Below are positions 46,281 to 56,581 of a stretch of 64,000 bases of DNA, in pieces. Made by a program: the position numbers and the translations under genes. The notes under the pieces were generated by a model that did no database searches, was not told the origin of the DNA, and worked only from the letters and a program-made list of their open reading frames with translations. The first letter of the stretch is position 1; each line of letters starts with the position of its first letter. Source of the DNA: a candidate division FCPU426 bacterium (lineage in GTDB: Bacteria > Oederibacteriota > JAAXVQ01 > JAUVAV01); contig JAUVAV010000011.1 in the NCBI GenBank assembly GCA_030591525.1, positions 309-64,308 on the forward strand. Reading direction: 5' to 3'.

Positions 46281-48017
46281 ATGAAAAAACTATTTAAAAC
46301 CATTCTACTGACCGTATTTTGTGCCGGAAGCGTTCTTTACCCGGCCTGCTATGGTACGGCCGAGAAAAAAATCTCGGATTCCAAGCTGGCCAAGATCAAG
46401 CACGAGCTTAAAACCGGACTACAGTATAAGCGGATTCTGATAATCGAGGCTTTAGGCAGGGATGGGAGTCTGAAAGCCGGCGAATTAATTATCGAAGCCA
46501 TGTTGCGGGACCGTTCCCATCCGGTTCGGAGAGCGGCGCAAAGAGTTTTGGCAGACAGTGAGGATCCGCGGATTTATCCCGCGATCCTGGAAGCGCTGGA
46601 TGACCCGAAGCGCCGTGTGCGTCTGGCGGCAATTGATGTCTTGAGGCTGGTCAGGAGTCAGGAAGCGGCCGAAGCGTTGGTGAGGACGGCTGATAAGCAT
46701 GCCAAGGATAAGGAACTGGTCCGTCTGTGCCTGGAAGCGCTGCGGGATCTGGTATACCGGATCGAACCTGCTCCGGAATTTGAAGCCGGCCTGCATCGCT
46801 TGGTTGAACATCGCGACTCCCGGATCCGGTTGACTACCGTGACGATCCTGGGGATTTTAGGACGTTACGAGAGCATGTCCTGCCTGGTGGCGGCCTGGAA
46901 GAAATCCAATCCAAAAATGAAAATCAGGCTGGCGGATGCTTTTGCCAATATCGGACGGGTGGAACCGGTGGACCTGCTGATTAAGGTACTGGATAAAAGA
47001 AACAAAATGCTTTTGATTCACTCTCTTTATGCCCTGGCCCAGATTCAATCCTTTACCGCCCTGGAAAAGATTCATTCCCTGATCCAACGAAACAAGGATG
47101 CCCGGGTACGTATGGCATGCCTGTACGCCTTAATTGAAATACCGGATAAGGATAGTATTCCCGTAGTTTTGCAAATGCTCGAGTCCCGGGATATCTCAGT
47201 ACTGCATTGGGCGGTTTACGCGCTGGGGGAATTGGAAGCTAAATCCGCCGGGCCGGATTTGGAACTAAAGTTATCGCATAAATCCAGTCTGGTGCGTGCT
47301 TCCGCCGCTACGGTTTTGGGCGAACTGGGGATAGCCCAAGCCAGGAATAAACTGGTTGAACTGGTCGCTGATCCGGATGAGAGGCCAGAGGTTAAAATCG
47401 CAGGGGCCAAGGCTTTAATGAGGCTGGGGACCCGGAACATGGCTAATGTTTTTTGGGAGGAACTGAAGCGGCCCAGCCTGGATATTGAAACCCGCCTGGT
47501 CTGCGCCCTGGCTCTGGGGAGCTGTGGGGAACAAAAATACCGGGAGATGCTGGCCCCGGATTTAGAGTCCGTGAATTTTACAGAATCATTGGTGGCGGCC
47601 TTGGCTTTAGGCGTGATGGGTGACCAACGAGCCAAGCCAATATTAATCAAGGCGCTGGAGCATGGTTTCCCGCATATCCGGCGCTACGCGATTATGGGTC
47701 TGGAAGGGATTTCGGACCAGGAAATTATAAAAGCTTTAGCCGAGACGGCCAATGATGACCCTGATCATGTGGTCAGGATTCTCTGCGCTGCCGCTCTGGT
47801 CGCTGCCGGCATTACCGAATATCGCGTGGTGCTTTGGAACGAGCTGGACAATAAGCAAGAGGATATCCGCTCCGAGGCCGTGATAGCGCTGGGCCGCAGC
47901 CTGGACCGGAACACGGCCCGGCAGTTGAAGTGGTATCTCCGGCGCGAACCCTCGGTCCCGGTCCGGCAGACCATCCAGCGCGTATTCCGGGAATGGCGGA
48001 AATCCGGCCGAAACTAA
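46281..48017 (+). CDS. Exported HEAT/PBS-lyase repeat protein
   Basis: N-terminal signal-like segment; repeated VR..A..ALG units. Confidence 0.8.
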   Translation: MKKLFKTILLTVFCAGSVLYPACYGTAEKKISDSKLAKIKHELKTGLQYKRILIIEALGRDGSLKAGELIIEAMLRDRSHPVRRAAQRVLADSEDPRIYPAILEALDDPKRRVRLAAIDVLRLVRSQEAAEALVRTADKHAKDKELVRLCLEALRDLVYRIEPAPEFEAGLHRLVEHRDSRIRLTTVTILGILGRYESMSCLVAAWKKSNPKMKIRLADAFANIGRVEPVDLLIKVLDKRNKMLLIHSLYALAQIQSFTALEKIHSLIQRNKDARVRMACLYALIEIPDKDSIPVVLQMLESRDISVLHWAVYALGELEAKSAGPDLELKLSHKSSLVRASAATVLGELGIAQARNKLVELVADPDERPEVKIAGAKALMRLGTRNMANVFWEELKRPSLDIETRLVCALALGSCGEQKYREMLAPDLESVNFTESLVAALALGVMGDQRAKPILIKALEHGFPHIRRYAIMGLEGISDQEIIKALAETANDDPDHVVRILCAAALVAAGITEYRVVLWNELDNKQEDIRSEAVIALGRSLDRNTARQLKWYLRREPSVPVRQTIQRVFREWRKSGRN

Positions 48018-48059
48018 AAATTATTGACACATGCAATGGAAATAGTGTAATGTTCAAGC

Positions 48060-48226
48060 TTCAATTTCCCCGCTTCTTTCGAGCGGGGAAATTGAATATG
48101 ATCTGTTGATTATATAAAGGTATATCCCGCATTTCGCTTTTTTAGCGAAATGTCCCCGGCTTGAATCATGTATATCAATAATAATCTTCATCTCATGTCA
48201 CGAAGTCAAGCCGGGGATGAAGCGGG
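48060..48226 (+). other. Structured intergenic region upstream of secD
   Basis: Stems 48060-74/48082-96, 48130-38/48144-52, 48153-64/48206-17, and cccgc/gcggg. Confidence 0.45.
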
Positions 48227-48263
48227 TAACATATTAAAAATTTTCAAGGAGGGCCTGCACAGA

Positions 48264-49601
48264 ATGCGATTACGCCAATGGTTGACCGCCCTTACCGTGG
48301 TCTTGGTGATTGCCAGCATTTGGGCCGTTTATCCGCCCTTTGACCTTCATGATAGCGAAGGCGGATTATTAAAAAAAGGCAAGATCAATTTGGGCTTGGA
48401 TCTGCAAGGCGGCATGTACCTTAAACTGGAAGTCGATACCAGCAATCTGCCTCCTGAAATCGAATTGACCGAGGCCCGGGACCGGGCCATCGAGATTCTG
48501 CGGAACCGGGTGGACGCTCTGGGCGTTACCGAGCCTTTAATTACCCGGGAAGGGCAGAAATGGATTGTAATTCAACTGCCGGGCATCAAGGATCCGGAGC
48601 GGGCGGTTAAAATTATCGGCCAGACCGCCCTGCTGGAGTTTAAAATCGTGGATGAGAGCCATCCGCTCACGGATATGATGGACGCGGACGGCAATACCGA
48701 TGCCGCCCGGGTTCCCAGCGGGTATGAGATTCTCAGCGGACGGGAAGGGGATCTCTTTGTATTAAAAACTAAAAAGCTGTTGACCGGCTCCCATCTCGTG
48801 GATGCCAAGGTCCAGATGGACGGCTATGGCCGGCCGATTGTGGCTTTCAAATTCGATAGCGAAGGCGGAAAGCTTTTCGGCGCCATTACCGGTAGTAATG
48901 TCAATAAGCGTTTGGCGATTATTTTAGACAGCCGGGTCTATTCCGCCCCGGTTATTAAAACCCGGATCGGCGGCGGCAGCGGAATTATTGAAGGGCAATT
49001 CAGCCTGGAGGAAGCCAAAGACCTGGCCCTGGTGCTGCGTGCCGGCGCTTTGCCGGCCCCGGTGAATATTATAAATAAATACGTGGTTGGACCAACCTTG
49101 GGGCGTGATTCAGTGCAGAAGGGCAAGCTTTCCTGGATGGTAGGAATTGTAATGGTAGTGCTTTTCATGCTGGTTTATTACCGCACCTCCGGAATAATCG
49201 CCAATATCGCGCTGGTTTTGAATTTTCTTTTCTTGATGGCGCTGCTGGCCGCTTTGCAGGCCACGCTTACCATGCCCGGTATTGCCGCGATAATTTTAGT
49301 CATGGGCATGTCGGTTGATGCCAATGTCCTTATTTTTGAACGTATCCGCGAGGAATTACGCACTGGAAAAACCGTGCGGGCCGCGATTGATTCCGGATAC
49401 GCCAAAGCACTCTGGACGATTGTCGATGCTAATGTGACCACCCTGATTACGGCTTTTATTCTGTATCAATTTGGAACCGGGCCGATCAAGGGTTTTGGCG
49501 TAACCTTGTTATGCGGTATCGCCATCTCGATGTTTACGGCGCTGGTAGTCACGAAACTGATTTTTGACAGCCGCAAGCATTATAAGCGGCTTTCAATATA
49601 A
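48264..49601 (+). CDS. secD: Protein translocase subunit SecD
   Basis: LGLDLQGG, RNRVDALGVTEP, LAIILD, LRAGALPAP, VGPTLG, GMSVDANVLIFERIREE. Confidence 0.97.
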   Translation: MRLRQWLTALTVVLVIASIWAVYPPFDLHDSEGGLLKKGKINLGLDLQGGMYLKLEVDTSNLPPEIELTEARDRAIEILRNRVDALGVTEPLITREGQKWIVIQLPGIKDPERAVKIIGQTALLEFKIVDESHPLTDMMDADGNTDAARVPSGYEILSGREGDLFVLKTKKLLTGSHLVDAKVQMDGYGRPIVAFKFDSEGGKLFGAITGSNVNKRLAIILDSRVYSAPVIKTRIGGGSGIIEGQFSLEEAKDLALVLRAGALPAPVNIINKYVVGPTLGRDSVQKGKLSWMVGIVMVVLFMLVYYRTSGIIANIALVLNFLFLMALLAALQATLTMPGIAAIILVMGMSVDANVLIFERIREELRTGKTVRAAIDSGYAKALWTIVDANVTTLITAFILYQFGTGPIKGFGVTLLCGIAISMFTALVVTKLIFDSRKHYKRLSI

Positions 49602-49629
49602 AGTTTTTACTTAGGAGGAGTAATAGCTT

Positions 49630-50544
49630 ATGCTGCAAATTATAAGGGATTCCCACATTAATTTCATGCGGATCCGCCGGGTGGCTTTTATTATTTCCGG
49701 CGTATTCATGCTGGTTGCAGCCTTTGCCATGGTGCAGTTAATCCGGGGACAAGCCAATATGGGCGTGGATTTTGCGGGCGGGACCAGTATTGAAGTGGAA
49801 TTTGGAAAGCCTATTTTAGCGGATCACCTGCGGCAAGCCATGAATGTCCCGGAATTTAAAAACGTTAGTCAGCAATATGTCCGGGAGGCGGGCCGGAACA
49901 AGTACATGCTGCGGGTTCTGGCTCCGGATTTACCTACCGAGAAAGTAAGCACCCGGGTAATGGAAGTATTGCAGGCGGATTTTCAGGATAATTCGGTTAC
50001 CTTACTGGCCTCGGAAGATGTAGGTCCCACGGTCTCAGCCCATTTGCGCCAGCAAGCTTTGTACGCGGTTTTTTGGGCCGTGATTATGATCATTTTGTAT
50101 ATCTGGTGGCGTTTTGACTTCCGGTTTGCCGTAGCCGCCACAGTGACGACTTTTCATGACGTGTTGACGATTATCGGAATTTTCATACTAATGCGTTATG
50201 AAATCAGCTGGATATTGATAACCGCTTTATTAACGATTGCAGGATATTCGCTCAATGATACTATAGTCGTCTTTGACCGCATTCGCGAGAATCTGCGGCA
50301 CCGCCGCAAAGAGGATTTTCAAAAAGTCGTGAATTCCAGTATTAACGAGACCTTGTCGCGTACCATCATTACTTCGGCTACGACCCTGGTAGTAGTGCTC
50401 GCGCTTTTCTTCCTCGGCGGAGAAGTCATCCATGCCTTTTCTTTGGCCATGCTTATGGGTATTCTGGTCGGCACCTATTCCTCGATATTTGTGGCCAGTA
50501 ATATTCTGGTGGAATGGCATTCGCGCGATCCCATACGCCGGTAG
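49630..50544 (+). CDS. secF: Protein translocase subunit SecF
   Basis: GVDFAGG, VGPTV, FHDV, GYSLNDTIVVFDRIREN, TLSRTIITS, GTYSSIFVA. Confidence 0.97.
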   Translation: MLQIIRDSHINFMRIRRVAFIISGVFMLVAAFAMVQLIRGQANMGVDFAGGTSIEVEFGKPILADHLRQAMNVPEFKNVSQQYVREAGRNKYMLRVLAPDLPTEKVSTRVMEVLQADFQDNSVTLLASEDVGPTVSAHLRQQALYAVFWAVIMIILYIWWRFDFRFAVAATVTTFHDVLTIIGIFILMRYEISWILITALLTIAGYSLNDTIVVFDRIRENLRHRRKEDFQKVVNSSINETLSRTIITSATTLVVVLALFFLGGEVIHAFSLAMLMGILVGTYSSIFVASNILVEWHSRDPIRR

Positions 50545-50679
50545 AATTTAAGCGTAGGGGCCGGTTTATTTATTTCCATGTTTGATAATGTCCTCCAAAT
50601 GCGCTATACTTAAAAAGAGGATGGCGCATACTTTCTTAATGCTTCCGTATATTATTTTTTCTTTCCGGTGTGATAAAAA

Positions 50680-51393
50680 ATGAAACCTTGGCTGCTTACG
50701 ACATGTATTTTTATAGGACTGCTCTCCGGCTGCGGTGGAAGTGAAATTCCCCAAAGAAACGCTGAATTTCAGAAACCCCGGGATGCGGTTAAATCTTACT
50801 ATGATTACCGCCGTCTCGAGCGGGCGGGAGTCAAAACCCTGAAATTAAGGACAATTAATTTTGACCGTACGGTTTCTTTGGCCTATTATCTCTACGTTAT
50901 TGCCCAGGCGTTTGAACATTTCGAACGAGACTCGGATGCTATAAAATTATACCTTCGGCTCTTGGTCCATTATCCTTTATTATATGAAGGCAGCCAGTTA
51001 GGAGTTATGGCGGAGAATCGTTTGCGCTGGTTGGTGGGGGATAAGGCCTGGATTATTCCCACTGTGGATGATCTCGTTATACGGCTGGAGCGGGCTTTGA
51101 AAAACCGTGACATTAAAGCAGTAGCCGGTCTTATTTCACGGGATTTCGGATTTGGACGCACTTACCAGGATCGTTTTGCCGTAACTAGCCAGGATGGCGT
51201 TGAGTTAATAGACGAGGGATTTAAGCATCTTGACCACTTGACCGTGGAAATCGTCGGAGAGCAGAATGATGAAGAAGTGCTTTTAAAAACCACGGGTTGG
51301 GATAAGGGACGGAAAACCTGGTATTTTGCCCTGCATAAAAATCAACGCCTTCAAGGCTGGGAATGGAAACTGGCTTATTGGGAACAAAAGTAG
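50680..51393 (+). CDS. Hypothetical lipoprotein
   Basis: Lipobox LSGC after a hydrophobic stretch; one TPR-like segment. Confidence 0.7.
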   Translation: MKPWLLTTCIFIGLLSGCGGSEIPQRNAEFQKPRDAVKSYYDYRRLERAGVKTLKLRTINFDRTVSLAYYLYVIAQAFEHFERDSDAIKLYLRLLVHYPLLYEGSQLGVMAENRLRWLVGDKAWIIPTVDDLVIRLERALKNRDIKAVAGLISRDFGFGRTYQDRFAVTSQDGVELIDEGFKHLDHLTVEIVGEQNDEEVLLKTTGWDKGRKTWYFALHKNQRLQGWEWKLAYWEQK

Positions 51394-51543
51394 TGGTTTT
51401 TCAGGCCTCCCGGCCCTCCTGATTATTCCTTGAAGAGTTGCATCCCTTGCATTGACAAATACCGTACAATATTGCTAGACTACTGCCTAATATTATAATC
51501 AGGCTGAAAATTCTAAGTTTTTTAAAAACAAAGGAGAATCATA

Positions 51544-53049
51544 GTGGCGGAGAAAGATTATATCCAGCAGCGTTTAGATAAGATTAAAAAGATTAGGGAA
51601 TCAGGAATTGAACCCTATGCGTATAAGTATTCCCGTTCGCATACCTCGAATAAAATTCAGGAAACCTTTTCCCGGCTCCAGGGGGAGGAACAATCCGATG
51701 TTTCAGTAGGGGTGGTGGGACGGCTGGCGGCATATCGGGCCCATGGCAAAACTATTTTCATCCAACTCCAGGATGAAACCGGACGCGTGCAGGTTTATTT
51801 TCGGGCGGATGAATTAGGTCCGGAGCGGTTTGAACTGGTTAAGCAGCTGGATGTGGGTGATTTCCTGGGAGCCAAGGGATCGGTTTTCCGGACCCGGACC
51901 GGTGAACTGACGATTCGGGCGGCGGATTTTGCCCTATTGGCCAAGGCAATCAGGCCCATGCCGGAAAAATGGCATGGCTTAAAAGATGTGGAGCTCCGCT
52001 ACCGTCAGCGTTATCTGGATATTCTGTCCAATGAACATTCCCGAAATATTTTTATGGTCCGTTCCCGGGTGGTTAAGGAAATCCGGAACTATCTGGATAA
52101 CCTGGGATTTATGGAGGTGGAAACACCTATGATGCAGCCTTTGCCCGGGGGAGCGGCGGCCCGGCCGTTTATGACGCACCATAATGCCCTGAATCGCGAT
52201 CTCTACCTGCGCGTTGCGCCCGAACTTTACCTGAAACGGTTATTAGTGGGCGGTTTCGAAAAAATCTTCGAGATGAATCGTAGTTTTCGGAACGAGGGCA
52301 TCAGTACCATGCATAACCCGGAATTCACCATGCTGGAAATTTACCAGGCGTACGTGGACGGGAATGCCATGATGGAATTAATGGAGAAACTTGTGCTGTA
52401 CCTGGTAAAGACCATGCACGGCGGCCAGACGCTCAGCTATCAGGGGCAGGATTTGGATTTAAAGGTACCTTGGCATCGCCTGGGTTATACTGATGCCATT
52501 AAGGAGCAGACCGGGATCGACATATGGCAACAGACTCCGGAACGCCTGGTTGCGATATGCCAAGAGCATGGCCTGGAACCTCCGGCCAAGGCGGGGCGTG
52601 TGGAATTGGTGGAACTGCTTTTCGAGTCATTGGTCGAGCCGAAACTCATCCAGCCGACCTTTATCATTGATTTCCCCCTGGAATTATCGCCGCTGGCCAA
52701 ACAAAAGGCCGGTGCGCCGGACTTTGCCGACCGCTTTGAGCCTTACCTGGCCGGACATGAGATTGCCAATGGTTTTTCGGAATTAAATGATCCTCTGGAG
52801 CAGCGCAGACGCTTTGAGCTTCAGATGCAGAAACGGGCCCAGGGTGACGAAGAAGCTCAAATGCTGGATGAGGATTTTATCCGGGCTTTGGAATACGGAA
52901 TGCCGCCCGCCGGGGGGCTGGGTATTGGCATTGACCGGCTGGTCATGCTATTGACGGATTCCGCTTCCATCCGGGAGGTTATTTTATTTCCCCAACTGCG
53001 CCAGGCTGCCAATGTCCGGAATGAACCGGACAATCCGGAAAAGGAGTAA
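51544..53049 (+). CDS. lysS: Lysyl-tRNA synthetase (class II)
   Basis: RYRQRYLD, GGAAARPF, YLRVAPELYLKRL, FRNEG, HNPEFT, YGMPPAGGLGIGIDRL. Confidence 0.98.
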   Translation: MAEKDYIQQRLDKIKKIRESGIEPYAYKYSRSHTSNKIQETFSRLQGEEQSDVSVGVVGRLAAYRAHGKTIFIQLQDETGRVQVYFRADELGPERFELVKQLDVGDFLGAKGSVFRTRTGELTIRAADFALLAKAIRPMPEKWHGLKDVELRYRQRYLDILSNEHSRNIFMVRSRVVKEIRNYLDNLGFMEVETPMMQPLPGGAAARPFMTHHNALNRDLYLRVAPELYLKRLLVGGFEKIFEMNRSFRNEGISTMHNPEFTMLEIYQAYVDGNAMMELMEKLVLYLVKTMHGGQTLSYQGQDLDLKVPWHRLGYTDAIKEQTGIDIWQQTPERLVAICQEHGLEPPAKAGRVELVELLFESLVEPKLIQPTFIIDFPLELSPLAKQKAGAPDFADRFEPYLAGHEIANGFSELNDPLEQRRRFELQMQKRAQGDEEAQMLDEDFIRALEYGMPPAGGLGIGIDRLVMLLTDSASIREVILFPQLRQAANVRNEPDNPEKE

Positions 53050-53052
53050 GCG

Positions 53053-54306
53053 GTGGGGCTCTCTTTTGAGGCCTATATAGCCGGACGCTATCTTAAGGCC
53101 AAACGCAAGGAAACCTTTATTTCCCTTATTTCAGTTATCTCAGTGGCGGGTGTAGCTCTGGGTGTAATGGCTCTGATTGTGGTTATGTCGGTTATGAACG
53201 GCTTCCGTCAGGATATCCGCCAAAGAATCATCGGGACTAAGGCGCATGTAATGATCGCCAGTTATGACCAGGGAGGTATTGATAACTGGAAGAACGTGCT
53301 GGAGAAAGCAGAAAATCATCCCAAGGTCAGGGCGGTTTCTCCTTATTTGGCCAACCAGGTTATGCTTAAAAATGAAAACCATATCCAGGGAGTACTGCTA
53401 TGGGGCGTGGATCCGGAAAAGGAAACCAGGGTAACGCAGCTAGGCAAACATCTCAAGAGCGGAAAGGTCAAGGATCTCAACCGGCCTCCGGTTCCCGGGC
53501 CCAATCCGCTGCGGGGGCGGGGTATAATTCTGGGCGTGGAAGTGGCGAGAAAACTCGGATTGCTGACCGGTGATGAGGTGACAGTGATCGCCCCGGTTTT
53601 TAAGGTTTCGGCCGCAGGCACGGTTCCCAAGGTTGCGACTTTCATAGTGGTTGGCATATTCGAGGCCGGGATGTATGAATACGATGCCACTTTCTCCTAC
53701 GTTTCACTGGACACGGCCCAGAGATTATTTGAGCAGCCCGGCCAGGTCAATGGTATGGCAATAAAAGTTGAGGATGTCATGCAGGCCCGGCAAGTGGCAC
53801 AGGAGCTTCAGGCCCTGGGCACGGATTACTGGGCCCGGGATTTTATGAACCTGAACCGCAACCTGGCCACGGCCTTGAGAATTGAAAAAATCATGATGTT
53901 TATTATCTTAATCATGATTGTCATGGTGGCGGCTTTTAATATTGCCTCCACCCTGATCATGGTGGTAATGGAAAAAAAGAAGGATATCGGCATATTGAAG
54001 GCCATGGGAGCCGGCCGCCGCTCCATTATGCGGATCTTCGTGCTGGAAGGCGCTTTTATCGGCCTGGGGGGGACGATTTTGGGTCTGGCCGGCGGTTTAA
54101 TAACCTGCTTGCTGCTTAAACTTTATCCTTTGCGTATTCCCGGAGGAGGGAGTGTTTATTATATAGAAAAATTGCCCATAGCCACCCAGGTTGCGGATGT
54201 GATGCTGATTACCCTATTAACCTTGGCAGTATGCTTATTATCAACGATGTATCCCGCCTGGCAGGCGTCCCGTCTTGAGCCGGTTGAGGTTATCCGTTAT
54301 GAATAA
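53053..54306 (+). CDS. lolE: Lipoprotein-releasing ABC permease (LolC/E family)
   Basis: GVALGVMALIVVMSVMNGF, VAAFNI, EKKKDIGILKAMG, YPAWQAS, IRYE. Confidence 0.9.
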   Translation: MGLSFEAYIAGRYLKAKRKETFISLISVISVAGVALGVMALIVVMSVMNGFRQDIRQRIIGTKAHVMIASYDQGGIDNWKNVLEKAENHPKVRAVSPYLANQVMLKNENHIQGVLLWGVDPEKETRVTQLGKHLKSGKVKDLNRPPVPGPNPLRGRGIILGVEVARKLGLLTGDEVTVIAPVFKVSAAGTVPKVATFIVVGIFEAGMYEYDATFSYVSLDTAQRLFEQPGQVNGMAIKVEDVMQARQVAQELQALGTDYWARDFMNLNRNLATALRIEKIMMFIILIMIVMVAAFNIASTLIMVVMEKKKDIGILKAMGAGRRSIMRIFVLEGAFIGLGGTILGLAGGLITCLLLKLYPLRIPGGGSVYYIEKLPIATQVADVMLITLLTLAVCLLSTMYPAWQASRLEPVEVIRYE

Positions 54307-54973
54307 GGCGGTTCTTCAAATTCAAGAGCTGACTAAGACCTTTAGCTTAGGCGAGACCTGCTTACAGGTTCTTAAGGGAATTAATTTAACCGTATCGGCC
54401 GGAGAGATAGTGGCGATTGTCGGTCCCTCCGGTGCGGGCAAGAGCACTCTGCTGAATATTGCCGGAGGACTTCTGCGTCCTTCGTCCGGCTCGGTCCGGC
54501 TTTCGGAACAAGCAGTTTTTACTTGCAGCGGAGAGAGGCTTTCGTGGATCCGAAACCGGCTGGTCGGTTTTGTCTTTCAAATGCACCATCTTTTACCGGA
54601 ATTTTCGGCTATGGAGAATGTTGCCATGCCCGGCCGGATTGCGGGGCAAAGCCGGGCCTCGGCGAACCAGCGGGCCCGGGACCTGCTTAAGCAGGTGGGA
54701 TTGGAAGGACGCTGGAAGCACCGTCCCGGGGAGTTATCCGGGGGGGAACAGCAGCGCGTGGCCATTGCCCGCGCCCTGTTTAATCAGCCGGGTTTGCTGC
54801 TGGCCGATGAACCGACCGGGGATCTGGACGGTACGACCGCGCGGGAAATTTTTCAGCTGCTGATGAAATTTAACCGGGAACGGGGTCAAACCCTTGTAGT
54901 GGTAAGCCATAATCCTGAATTGGCAAGGGAGGCGGATCGCGTTATCACCTTGCAGGACGGCAGGATAGTATGA
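54299..54973 (+). CDS. lolD: Lipoprotein-releasing ABC ATPase
   Basis: GPSGAGKS, GFVFQMHHLL, LSGGEQQR, ADEPTG. Confidence 0.9.
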   Translation: MNKAVLQIQELTKTFSLGETCLQVLKGINLTVSAGEIVAIVGPSGAGKSTLLNIAGGLLRPSSGSVRLSEQAVFTCSGERLSWIRNRLVGFVFQMHHLLPEFSAMENVAMPGRIAGQSRASANQRARDLLKQVGLEGRWKHRPGELSGGEQQRVAIARALFNQPGLLLADEPTGDLDGTTAREIFQLLMKFNRERGQTLVVVSHNPELAREADRVITLQDGRIV

Positions 54974-54995
54974 AATATAAAAGGAGTGGATATTA

Positions 54996-55502
54996 ATGCT
55001 GTGCCAGATATGCCATGCCGAAGAAGCCACGGTTTATTTGATCGAGACTATCAATAATAAGCATACTACCATGCACATTTGCGAAAGTTGTGCGCAAAAA
55101 CGGCATTTGGGAGAAATCCTGTCCAAGCCGGCTTTGGCGATGCATGAACTGCTGACCGCTATTCTACAGTTGGGAAGCGCGCCCATAACGGAAAAGCAGA
55201 TCTTAAAATGTCCGCGTTGCGGAATGACGTTCAACCGGTTTAAAGAGGTCGGCCGTTTCGGGTGCGCGGAGTGCTACCAGGTTTTTCAGCAAAGTCTGCT
55301 GCCCCTATTCCGCCAGTTTCATCAGGCCGATCAGCACCGCGGGCGTCGCGATAAAAAAAGCGTCACCAGCAAGCGGTTGGAAATCACCAAGCTAAAACAG
55401 CAATTGCAGGATGCCATCGCTAATGAAGATTTTGAAGAGGCGGTAAAGCTGCGCGACAGCATCCGGAAGTTGGAGAGGACTCCACATGAACCGCATCAGT
55501 AA
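54996..55502 (+). CDS. mcsA: McsA activator
   Basis: Four CxxC motifs, GRFGCAECY, C-terminal UVR (EDFEEAVKLRD). Confidence 0.93.
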   Translation: MLCQICHAEEATVYLIETINNKHTTMHICESCAQKRHLGEILSKPALAMHELLTAILQLGSAPITEKQILKCPRCGMTFNRFKEVGRFGCAECYQVFQQSLLPLFRQFHQADQHRGRRDKKSVTSKRLEITKLKQQLQDAIANEDFEEAVKLRDSIRKLERTPHEPHQ

Positions 55503-56541
55503 GTCGTTTTTTCCTCAATGGTTGACTAAAGACCAGGGCGATTATGGCACGGTTATTTCAACCCGGATTCGTTTGGCAAGGAATTTTCAGGATCTCTGTT
55601 TTCCCCAGGCCGCCGGCCCTAAAGAGCAGGAAAAGGCACTTCAGAGGATCGAGGCCTTTACCCGGCAAAATGTCCAGTTGCGCCTTAAGTTACAAAGGCT
55701 TCAGGACCAGGATGAAACTCAACGCGGACTGCTGTTTGAGCGGGGACTGATCAGTATGGCGTCTGTCCAGGAACCGGACAAGATAGCCCTGGCCTGCACT
55801 CCGGGTCAAAATATATCCCTGTTGATTAACGAGGAGGATCATCTTAGGATTCAAGTGATGCAGGAAGGAGAAGGGCTGACCACGGCTCTGGAAACAGCTC
55901 AGGACCTGGACGATAGCTTGGGCAGCAAGTTGTCTCTGGCCTGTCATCGCCAATTTGGTTTCCTGACCGCTTGTCCTACTAATGTCGGGACCGGTCTGCG
56001 GGCTTCCGTAATGCTTCACCTTCCAGCCTTGGCCCTGACCCGGGGAATTGTCCAGATGCTAAAGGCCGTCCTGCATATTGGTCTGGCGGTTAGGGGATTT
56101 TACGGGGAAGAGACCGAATTAAGAAGCGTGTTTTTTCAGATCAGCAACCACATGACTTTGGGACGTACCGAGGAGGAAATAATTAAACATTTGGCCGGGG
56201 TAGTGCGCCAGGTGGTGGAACGGGAAGAAGAAGCGCGCCGGATATTGCTTAAGGAAAAGCGCCAACTACTCGAAGATAAAGTAGGCCGGGCGCTGGGAAT
56301 TCTTACCGGCTGCCGGATGTTAGGGCTCGAAGAAGCCTTGGATCTGCTTTCCGCCGTCCGGCTGGGTATGGAAACCGGGGTCATTGAACGCATTAAAAAA
56401 CCGGTGTTAAATGAGATGCTGCTCTTAGTGCAGCCGGCTCATCTTCAGGCCTTCGCCGGAAAGTCCATGAAGGCTGAGGAGCAAATGGCCTGGAGGGCCG
56501 AGTTAATAAGGAAAAGGTTGAAATTGGGGAAGAAGAGTTAA
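55486..56541 (+). CDS. mcsB: Protein arginine kinase McsB
   Basis: STRIRLARN, INEEDHLRIQ, LTACPTNVGTGLRASVMLHLP, FQISN.TLG. Confidence 0.95.
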   Translation: MNRISKSFFPQWLTKDQGDYGTVISTRIRLARNFQDLCFPQAAGPKEQEKALQRIEAFTRQNVQLRLKLQRLQDQDETQRGLLFERGLISMASVQEPDKIALACTPGQNISLLINEEDHLRIQVMQEGEGLTTALETAQDLDDSLGSKLSLACHRQFGFLTACPTNVGTGLRASVMLHLPALALTRGIVQMLKAVLHIGLAVRGFYGEETELRSVFFQISNHMTLGRTEEEIIKHLAGVVRQVVEREEEARRILLKEKRQLLEDKVGRALGILTGCRMLGLEEALDLLSAVRLGMETGVIERIKKPVLNEMLLLVQPAHLQAFAGKSMKAEEQMAWRAELIRKRLKLGKKS

Positions 56542-56581
56542 GACATGATATTATTAACCAGACGGTTAATTTCAAAGGAGG

